The notes under the pieces were generated by a model that saw only the letters and a list, made by a program, of their open reading frames with translations, was not told the origin of the DNA and searched no databases. The translations under genes and the position numbers were made by a program. DNA of 64,000 nt from Candidatus Latescibacterota bacterium (GTDB lineage Bacteria > Latescibacterota > UBA2968 > GCA-2709665), in the NCBI GenBank assembly GCA_965208835.1, contig OZ242358.1, positions 4,032,001 to 4,096,000 on the forward strand. Reading direction: 5' to 3'. This document shows positions 51,074-58,739 of this stretch, piece after piece. Each line of letters opens with the position of its first letter. Position 1 is the stretch's first letter.

Positions 51074-53095
51074 TTACGAGCCGAATGCATCCACAAACTT
51101 GAAGAAGTCAGCGAAATCGACGACGCCGTTGCCGTCCAGGTCATAGCGTGGGTCCGTACTGCCGTACGCATCGGCAAAAAGGAAGAAATCGACAAAGTCC
51201 GTCCGTCCGTCACCATTGAAGTCAGTGGGCGCTCCCGGCGGAGACGTCCCCGTCGAACGGCCGCCGGTCTGCAACTCGTAGGCGTAGAGCCTATCGTCTA
51301 TGTAGTCGGCCACCCACATGGTCGTCCCGTCCGACCAGATGCCTCTCGGCTCACTGTTTCCGGCGTCATCCAGTGTTTCAATGTCCTTGACCGGGTCATG
51401 AGCCTTTGAGGTCGTATCGTAGGCATAGAGCTTTTCATCGAACCAGTCCGCGACCCACATCGCAGTCCCATTGGACCAGATGCCCAGCGGACTCGCGTTT
51501 CCGGCGCTTCGGAGCGCGCCGAACTCACGTGCGGAATCCCTGGCTCTTGTGATCAAATCGTAGGCGTATAATTTCCTGTCGGAATTGTCCGCGACCCACA
51601 TCGTATTGCCATCAGACCAGATGCCCCAGGGATCGTCGTTGCCAGCCCGATCCAGGGTATCAAAGTCCCTGGAGGGATCGCGTACACGGGAGGCCATAAC
51701 GTACGCATACAGTTTCCTGTCATGGGTGTCCGCCACCCACATGGTTGTTCCATCTGACCAGATGCCGGCAGGTGAGTCGTTTCCTGCCGGATCCAGCGTG
51801 TCAAAATCCCTGGAAGCGTCGCGAGCCCGGGAGGTCATGTCATAGGCGTATAGTTTCTCGTCATGCTGGTCCGCCACCCACATGGTCGTACCGTCGGACC
51901 AGATGCCCGCAGGGGACGTGTTTCGGGCCGGGCCCAGAGTGGCGAAATCGTTCGCAGGGTCCCGTGCGAATCGAACGCCAATCGATGTGAGTTCCCACTT
52001 GCGCACGTCTCCGTCCTCGGCGCCGGTGACCAGAATACCGCCGTCGGGGCTGAAGGACACGCTATGTACGGGTGATTCGTGTCCAAGCATCGCCTTGACC
52101 TTCCATGTACGTGGGTCCCACACCCGAGCGACACCGTCGGCGCTTCCACTGGCGAAGAGGCTGTCGCCCGTTGCGAATGCCACGCTGAGAACGGGCGATT
52201 TGTGATCCAGCGTGCCAAGGAGTTCTCCATCCTCGGAGTTCCACACCCGCACCGAACCGTCCGTGCTCCCGCTCGCAATCACACTGCCGTCGAAACTGAA
52301 TGCCAGGCTCATGATCGTCCCGGTATGCCCGGTCAAGGTGTGCTGGTGAGCGCCGGTTCTGCCGTCCCATAACCGGATGGTCCCGTCCGCGCTCCCGCTG
52401 GCAAGCACCTCGCCGTCGAGACGGAACGCAAGACTCGACACGCTGTCCGTATGGCCTTCAAGGGTCCTCGTGTGCGCGCCCGTCTCCGCGTTCCACAGTC
52501 GGATAGTCCCGTCCGCGCTCCCGCTGGCCAGAAGGTGGTGATCCAGTGGACTGAAGACCGTGCTCAGAACGGCGCCTGTATGCCCGCTCAGGCTCGTCTT
52601 GAGTTCCCCGGTACTCGGGATCCACAGATGCAGCAGTCCGTCCTCGGTACCACTTGCCAGCACGCAGCCGTCCACGGCGCAATACGCCAGGCTCAGTACC
52701 GCAGATACGTGTCGCAGCGTAAGCGTTATCCCCCCGGTGAGAATGTCCCACAGGAGAACGTCGTAGTCGCAGCCGCCGCTTGCCAGTATCGCCCCATAGG
52801 GGTCGAAGGCAGTGGTCAACACACAACCCGTGTGCCCCACGAACGTCAGTGCAAGCCTGACGGTGAGGTCGACCACCCCGACCGCGACTTCGACAACGCC
52901 AACCGCGAGGTCCACGACCGCGACAGTGACGTCTATGACGGTCGTTGCGACAGTGGCGATGGTCTCGACAACGTCGCCGATCACACCGAAGAGATCGTCG
53001 AAGAAACCGTAGCCCGTACCGGGTATCGCGCATACTACGAGAAGTACCGTTAGATACAATACCACGAATTTCCAATTGAGCAACCTTCGCTTCAT
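51074..53095 (-). CDS. Secreted WD40 + GIWSDG-repeat propeller + dockerin-like (class B)
   Basis: Signal peptide; Val-rich heptad segment; about 7 WD40 repeats; 5 GIWSDG repeats; C-terminal tag. Confidence 0.87.
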   Translation of the reverse strand: MKRRLLNWKFVVLYLTVLLVVCAIPGTGYGFFDDLFGVIGDVVETIATVATTVIDVTVAVVDLAVGVVEVAVGVVDLTVRLALTFVGHTGCVLTTAFDPYGAILASGGCDYDVLLWDILTGGITLTLRHVSAVLSLAYCAVDGCVLASGTEDGLLHLWIPSTGELKTSLSGHTGAVLSTVFSPLDHHLLASGSADGTIRLWNAETGAHTRTLEGHTDSVSSLAFRLDGEVLASGSADGTIRLWDGRTGAHQHTLTGHTGTIMSLAFSFDGSVIASGSTDGSVRVWNSEDGELLGTLDHKSPVLSVAFATGDSLFASGSADGVARVWDPRTWKVKAMLGHESPVHSVSFSPDGGILVTGAEDGDVRKWELTSIGVRFARDPANDFATLGPARNTSPAGIWSDGTTMWVADQHDEKLYAYDMTSRARDASRDFDTLDPAGNDSPAGIWSDGTTMWVADTHDRKLYAYVMASRVRDPSRDFDTLDRAGNDDPWGIWSDGNTMWVADNSDRKLYAYDLITRARDSAREFGALRSAGNASPLGIWSNGTAMWVADWFDEKLYAYDTTSKAHDPVKDIETLDDAGNSEPRGIWSDGTTMWVADYIDDRLYAYELQTGGRSTGTSPPGAPTDFNGDGRTDFVDFFLFADAYGSTDPRYDLDGNGVVDFADFFKFVDAFGS
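51077..51226 (-). repeat. Class B dockerin-like cassette, copy 3
   Basis: Same motif as other copies. Confidence 0.85.
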
Positions 53096-53138
53096 TGCGA
53101 ACGCCCCATTATTCTATGCCGTGTTCGTATACGTTCAT

Positions 53139-54200
53139 TTACCTGCCGCCAATTCTCGCGCCAAGCCCGACCAGAAGCGAGAAGTCATTGACTTCGTCGT
53201 CGAACCATCTCCTGTACTGAGCTTCCGCGCGCACAAGGAACGCGGCGCCCGCGCGAAGCTGGTAACCCACGCCCCCGCCGGCGGAAAAGTCGGCCTCAGC
53301 CTCCCGCTCGTCCACGTCGAGAACCAGAACCGCGCCGTTGCACAGCAGATACGGCCCGGATCCCGCGTTGTCGTGCAGAGAAAACAATGCGCGCCCGCCG
53401 AGATTGAGGGACGTGGTACGTATCGTGCTGCCGGAACTCCGCCCGATGTTGATTTCCGGCCCGACGGACAGATTGGCGCTCGGAAACCAGGAGACGTAAA
53501 TCGATGGATTGCCCAGAACGCCGGACGTCGGGGAACCCGGCGCCGCCATCATGACGATGCTGTCGTCGTCGGAGGAGATACGCGAAATTCCGAATCGCGT
53601 TCCGACTTCGTACAACGGCCCAGCGATATTCGGTACTTCACCGCCACTGCCCGTTCGCGCGCCCAGGCCGAGAAGAAGGGAAAAGTTATCGACGCCGTCG
53701 TCAAACCATCGCCGATATCGTCCCTCCGCACGCAGAACGAAAGCCGGCCCGAGATGCCATCGATATCCCAGACCCCCGCCTGCCGCGAAGTCAGTCACTG
53801 AGGGGCGTTCACGAAGATCGAAATGCCTAACGGCACCGTGACACAACATATAGAGACCGGACCCTGGAGATCCCAGCGGAAAGAACGTGCCTCGACCCCC
53901 AAAGTAGAGCGATGTAATTCCAAATACGTCTCCCGCGGTCCGCCCGGCACTGAACTCCGACCCGACCGACACGTTTACAACGGGAAACCACGAGACGTAG
54001 AGCGAAGGGATACCCGGGATGCCCAACGTCGGTGAACTCGGCAGACCGATTATGGTGGCCCCATCGCCATCCGAGGAGTGATGGGTGAGTCCGAATAGCG
54101 TACCAATCTCGAAACTGCGAACCGATTCCATTTCCTCTGCAGAACCGGATCCGGCCAGTACCAACAGAACCACGCACCCTAATGCGACAGGACGCAGCAT
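53139..54200 (-). CDS. Outer-membrane protein with two tandem beta-barrel repeats
   Basis: Signal peptide; duplicated module EIGT.FG..PS.YVSWFP..DF.AGGG.GY..RAE..YRRWFDD.V..FSLL.GLGAR. Confidence 0.78.
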   Translation of the reverse strand: MLRPVALGCVVLLVLAGSGSAEEMESVRSFEIGTLFGLTHHSSDGDGATIIGLPSSPTLGIPGIPSLYVSWFPVVNVSVGSEFSAGRTAGDVFGITSLYFGGRGTFFPLGSPGSGLYMLCHGAVRHFDLRERPSVTDFAAGGGLGYRWHLGPAFVLRAEGRYRRWFDDGVDNFSLLLGLGARTGSGGEVPNIAGPLYEVGTRFGISRISSDDDSIVMMAAPGSPTSGVLGNPSIYVSWFPSANLSVGPEINIGRSSGSTIRTTSLNLGGRALFSLHDNAGSGPYLLCNGAVLVLDVDEREAEADFSAGGGVGYQLRAGAAFLVRAEAQYRRWFDDEVNDFSLLVGLGARIGGR

Positions 54201-54259
54201 AGATTCCTCCGGTGGGCGATTTCGAGGTCGTTCAGGCGCCGAAGGTCCGGCTTGTACAT

Positions 54260-55606
54260 CTACGAACCGAACGCGTCGACAAACCTGAAGAAGTCCGCGA
54301 AATCCACCCTGCCATTGCCATCGAGATCAAACCGTGCGTCGGTGCTGCCGAACGCATCGGCGAAGAGGAAGAAGTCAATAAAGTCGGTCCGTCCATCACC
54401 ATTGAAATCGGTTGTAGCCGGAGCTTGCACCATGGTCGTTACGGCATGCGCCACCGACCATGGGCCTTCGCCGGAGCCGCTGACCGTACGCACCTGAACG
54501 TCGTACCGCCGGCCGCCGGCAAGGCCGGTCGTTCTGTAGCTCAGTGCCCCTGACCCGGTTGTCCAGACGTCTTCGACCACGGTCCAATTCGCGTCAGCCT
54601 TGTCGGGGGCGTCGCTGCGGATATAACGCAGATCGTAGGCGGTGACGACCGAGCCGCCGGTGCTCGATGGCGCCGACCACGTTATGGTGAAAGCGCCGCG
54701 GCCGGCCGTCAATGAAAGTATGGCTGGCGCCGTCGTGGCGGGAGCTCGGGAAGGCATGTCGTAGGCATAAATCTTGTGGTCGAAGTCGTCCGCCACCCAC
54801 ATCGTCGTACCGTCCGACCAGATGCCGGTCGGGCTGTCGTTTCCGGCATCGTCCAGTGTATCGATGTCTTTGCCGGGATCCCGAACCCCCGACTTCAGGC
54901 TGTAGGCGTAGATCCTGGCGTCGAAGCTGTCCGCCACCCACATCGTCGTGCCGTCCGACCAGATTCCCGTCGGATCGTCGTTTCCAGCCTCATCCAGTGT
55001 ATTAATGTCCTTTCCGGAAACACGGGCCCCGGTTGCCATCGCGTAAGCATAGATTTTCTCGTCAGACATATCCGCCACCCACATCGTCGTCCCATCCGAC
55101 CAGATCCCTTCCGGGTTGTCGTTCCCTGCAGATTCCAGCGTATTGATGTCCTTGTCGAGGTCACGAGCCCGGGTGGCCAGCGTGTACGCAAAGATCTTCT
55201 CTCCGAACCAGGGATCGTCCGCCACCCACATCGTCGTACCGTCGGACCAGATGCCCTCCGGCTCACCGTTTCCGGCGTCGTCCAGCGTATCGAAGTCTTT
55301 GGTGGGATCCCGATCACCGGAAGCCAAGACGTACGCGTAAATCTTCTCGTCGCCCCCGAACTGGTCGTCCGCCACCCACATCGTCGTACCGTCGGACCAG
55401 ATGCCCTCCGGTTCGTCGTTTCCGGCGGCGCCCAGTGTATTGATGTCTTTGGCGGAGTCCCGGTCACAACACGCGGCCAGGGTCACATTCTGCGACTCGC
55501 CCGTGCCTCCGTCCTCGCCGCCGCTGCCCGTACGCGAATAACCGACGATTGCCGGCACCAACACGAGAATCCATACGATATGCCGTCGTTGGCAGACAAT
55601 GTGCAT
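54260..55606 (-). CDS. Secreted GIWSDG-repeat propeller + FN3 + dockerin-like (class B); paralogue of 42033..43448
   Basis: Same architecture including the CC pair, ADDPWFGEK and YIRSDA.DKA.ANWTV. Confidence 0.87.
   Translation of the reverse strand: MHIVCQRRHIVWILVLVPAIVGYSRTGSGGEDGGTGESQNVTLAACCDRDSAKDINTLGAAGNDEPEGIWSDGTTMWVADDQFGGDEKIYAYVLASGDRDPTKDFDTLDDAGNGEPEGIWSDGTTMWVADDPWFGEKIFAYTLATRARDLDKDINTLESAGNDNPEGIWSDGTTMWVADMSDEKIYAYAMATGARVSGKDINTLDEAGNDDPTGIWSDGTTMWVADSFDARIYAYSLKSGVRDPGKDIDTLDDAGNDSPTGIWSDGTTMWVADDFDHKIYAYDMPSRAPATTAPAILSLTAGRGAFTITWSAPSSTGGSVVTAYDLRYIRSDAPDKADANWTVVEDVWTTGSGALSYRTTGLAGGRRYDVQVRTVSGSGEGPWSVAHAVTTMVQAPATTDFNGDGRTDFIDFFLFADAFGSTDARFDLDGNGRVDFADFFRFVDAFGS
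54263..54412 (-). repeat. Class B dockerin-like cassette, copy 4
   Basis: Same motif as other copies. Confidence 0.85.
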
Positions 55607-55613
55607 CAACGCT

Positions 55614-55810
55614 TAACCTTGATTCGTAAGTCTTCGGGGAGGTTAATTCGAATATGTGCTTGTAAATAAAGGCGATTAGACGGCGGATTACCAGGATAAA
55701 CCAGGTCGCTGGACGTGAAGCGAAAAAACGCCCTTCATGACGACCATTTCGGCCTGTTTCGAAGGGTTTCGTCGCGGTGCCGCGTTGCGGCTTTTGCGGA
55801 ATTGAGGTTA
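55614..55810. mobile_element. MITE-like element B, copy 2 (197 bp)
   Basis: Same TIRs and length as 40660-40856. Confidence 0.75.
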
Positions 55811-55854
55811 ATACCACTAAGCATGATCTGTTTCCTGATCCCTTTCACCGGCGC

Positions 55855-58650
55855 TCACGATCCGAACGCATCGACGAATTTGAAGAAGTCGGCGAAATCC
55901 ACCGTGCCGTTGCCATCCAGATCGAACTTTGCGTTCGTGCTGCCGTATGCGTCGGCAAACAGGAAGAAATCGACGAAATCGGTCCTGCCGTCGCCGTTGA
56001 AATCGGTGGTCGATCCGGTCGTTCCGCCAGTTGTCGGGGACGCATCAGGTCGCTGCCGCCCGAACTCCTGCCACGTGTCCATACCGTCGCCGTCGAAGTC
56101 CGCACGCAGCGCAGGATACTGCTGCGCAGTCCCGAAGTCCCAGGGTTCGTCGCCACCTGTGGCCGTGTCGCTGTCTCCGTCCGCGTTGTCCAGGTCCAGG
56201 TTCCATGCGGCGTAGATGCCGGTGTATCCGCTTGGCGTCTGAAGTTCCCCAGTCGTCTTTCCCTCCCCCGCAGTGCTCGACACCCGACCGGAGGTTGTGG
56301 TATTCCAATAGCTGTTGCTGACGCCGCTGCCCTGGTTCCGTCCCACGAGGCCACCGACGTCGCTACCCGAACTCGTCACCCATCCCGTCGCATAGCCGGC
56401 TCGGATATAACCCCACTGGTTATACCCCACCAACCCGCCCGCGGAATCATCGCCGGTCACGGCGCCCGTCGCGTAACTCGCCCCGATGCTGACGTCGTTC
56501 TGCCCCACAAGTCCGCCGACGTTTGTCTTTCCGGTCACCGCCCCTGTCGCGTAGCAGACCGCGATCTTGCCGCCGTTGTGAAGACCGACCAACCCGCCGA
56601 CGTGTGACTGGTTGCCGGTACCCGTCACCGCCCCTGACGCGTAGCTGGCGCGAATGCTGCCGTAGTTGTACCCCGCCAGCCCCCCGACACGGCTGCGGAA
56701 GCTCGAACCCGGGCCCGTCACCGTCGCCTCGGTGTAGCTGGCAGCGATGCTGCTTCCTCTGTCGCTCGAGCCGCCGTTCCGGCCGACCAGTCCCCCGACC
56801 TCGCTGCTTCCGGCGCCAGTGCTAGTTACCGACCCCGTCACGTGGCTCCCGGTGATGATGCCGGCGTTCTTCCCCGCCAGCCCGCCGACGATGACTCCCC
56901 GACTCGAGCCGCTCACATCGACATCCACAACTCCCAGGTTTCTTACACGCCCGCCGTTGCCGACAACCCCGAAAAGTCCGATCCGACTGGACGAGCGATC
57001 AATGTACAAACGGGAGATCGTGTGATCATTGCCCTCGAACGTGGCGATGAATTCGTTACCGGTACCGGGACTTCCGATGGGGTCCCAGCCTTCACCGCTG
57101 TGCCAGTACTCGTCGAGATTATCCACGTCGCCATCGCCGTCGGTGTCGAAGTCCAGGTCGCCCTTCAACTCGTACCCCGTACAGACGGGTACGTCCGGAG
57201 TGGCTGGATGCTCATCATGGTCGACCAGCGCGCATCCCATGCTCGCCACGGCATCAGGGAAGGCCGTGGTATAGGCTTGCCGGTTTGTCCCACTGTCCAC
57301 CGCACCGTCGCCGTCCAGATCCCATCGTATGGCGTTCAACTGCGCGAGGGTTCTGATCTCGATCAGGCCGTCGCCATCGCTGTCGTAGGAAACTGTAGAG
57401 ACCGGAATCGAGGACGGCGAGGAGGCGACCGTCCGCTGCGGGTCGACATCGTCCGCATCAATGTCTCCATCACCGTCGAAGTCCCTGCGCAACACGGGGT
57501 ACTCTGAGGCTGTCCCGAAATCCCATGGATCGTCGTCGGTGTTATCGCCGTCCAAATCCAGGTTCCAGTTTGCGTAGATCCCCGTATAGCCGGTTGGCGC
57601 ACACAGTTCCATAGTCGTCTTGCCGACCCCTCCACCGCTCGAGGCTTGCCGGGAGGTTTCAATATTCCAATAGCTGGCGACGATGCTGCCTGAGCTGCCC
57701 GCCTCCAGCCCGCCGACCGTAAAGTTGACGCCCGAGCCCGTCACGGCACCCGTCGCATAGCTGGCGACGATGCTGCCTGAGCTGCCCGCCACCAGCCCAC
57801 CGACGGCAAACCCATTCCCCGAGCCCGTCACGGCACCCGTCGCATAGCTGGCAACAATCCTGCCAAATCTGTAGTTGCTCCCCACCAGCCCGCCGACCGC
57901 AGAGATCCCGCCCGAGCCCGTCACGACACCCGTCGCATAGCTGGCAACAATCCTTCCTCGTCCGTGGTTGCCCCCCACAAGCCCGCCGACGCCTCCGTTA
58001 CCAGAGTTCGCCACCTCACCCGTCGCATAGCTGTCGATGATGATGCCTCGATTGACACCCACCAGCCCGCCGACCCAATTGCTTTGGCCCGAGCCCGTCA
58101 CGGCAACGTCGCGAACCGCCACATTCCGCACCTGCCCGCCGGTGCTGACGCTCCCGAACAAGCCGATGTTACGCGTGGTGCGATTGATGTACAGGTTAGA
58201 GATAGCATGCCCATTGCCCTCAAAGGTGGTTGCGAATTCCGAGATTGGCGCCCAGCCGGCACCGCTGTTCCAGTAATCGTCGGTCCAATTCACGGCGCCG
58301 TCTCCATCCGTGTCAAAGTCCAGATCCACCGCCAGCTCATAACCGCTGCAGTCATAGTCATCGGCATCGTCGGCCGTGGTGGGACAGCCCATGTCCGTCG
58401 CGGCGTTGGGAAAGGCGGCGGCGTAAACGGCGGCGTTGGCACTATTGTCCACCGCACCGTCGCCGTCCAGGTCCCAGCGCACTGCGTTCAACTGCGCCAG
58501 GGTGCTGATCTCGATCTGGCCGTCGCCGTCGCTGTCGTAGGAAACCGCGGCCTCAACCGCCTCGGGCGCTACAGACAGAAGGACGGCGTAGAAGGCCAGC
58601 CAACATGGAACAGGCACGCGGAGTTTGAGATTCACCGTTGGCGACTCCAT
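55855..58650 (-). CDS. Secreted GLUG-repeat protein (two tandem modules) + dockerin-like (class B)
   Basis: Two YDSDGDG.IEI.TLAQLNA.RWDLDGDG modules, each followed by VGGLVG.N/SYATGAV repeats and WDFGT...YP.LR; GGAG RBS. Confidence 0.87.
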   Translation of the reverse strand: MESPTVNLKLRVPVPCWLAFYAVLLSVAPEAVEAAVSYDSDGDGQIEISTLAQLNAVRWDLDGDGAVDNSANAAVYAAAFPNAATDMGCPTTADDADDYDCSGYELAVDLDFDTDGDGAVNWTDDYWNSGAGWAPISEFATTFEGNGHAISNLYINRTTRNIGLFGSVSTGGQVRNVAVRDVAVTGSGQSNWVGGLVGVNRGIIIDSYATGEVANSGNGGVGGLVGGNHGRGRIVASYATGVVTGSGGISAVGGLVGSNYRFGRIVASYATGAVTGSGNGFAVGGLVAGSSGSIVASYATGAVTGSGVNFTVGGLEAGSSGSIVASYWNIETSRQASSGGGVGKTTMELCAPTGYTGIYANWNLDLDGDNTDDDPWDFGTASEYPVLRRDFDGDGDIDADDVDPQRTVASSPSSIPVSTVSYDSDGDGLIEIRTLAQLNAIRWDLDGDGAVDSGTNRQAYTTAFPDAVASMGCALVDHDEHPATPDVPVCTGYELKGDLDFDTDGDGDVDNLDEYWHSGEGWDPIGSPGTGNEFIATFEGNDHTISRLYIDRSSSRIGLFGVVGNGGRVRNLGVVDVDVSGSSRGVIVGGLAGKNAGIITGSHVTGSVTSTGAGSSEVGGLVGRNGGSSDRGSSIAASYTEATVTGPGSSFRSRVGGLAGYNYGSIRASYASGAVTGTGNQSHVGGLVGLHNGGKIAVCYATGAVTGKTNVGGLVGQNDVSIGASYATGAVTGDDSAGGLVGYNQWGYIRAGYATGWVTSSGSDVGGLVGRNQGSGVSNSYWNTTTSGRVSSTAGEGKTTGELQTPSGYTGIYAAWNLDLDNADGDSDTATGGDEPWDFGTAQQYPALRADFDGDGMDTWQEFGRQRPDASPTTGGTTGSTTDFNGDGRTDFVDFFLFADAYGSTNAKFDLDGNGTVDFADFFKFVDAFGS
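55858..56007 (-). repeat. Class B dockerin-like cassette, copy 5
   Basis: Protein-identical to copy 6. Confidence 0.85.
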
Positions 58651-58739
58651 AAAAACTCCTCGTCCCAGGTACAAATCGAAATATGGTCGGGATTATTCTT
58701 CATCTGCAAATCGCTTGATTTCCCAATCGTTGCTGGCGA

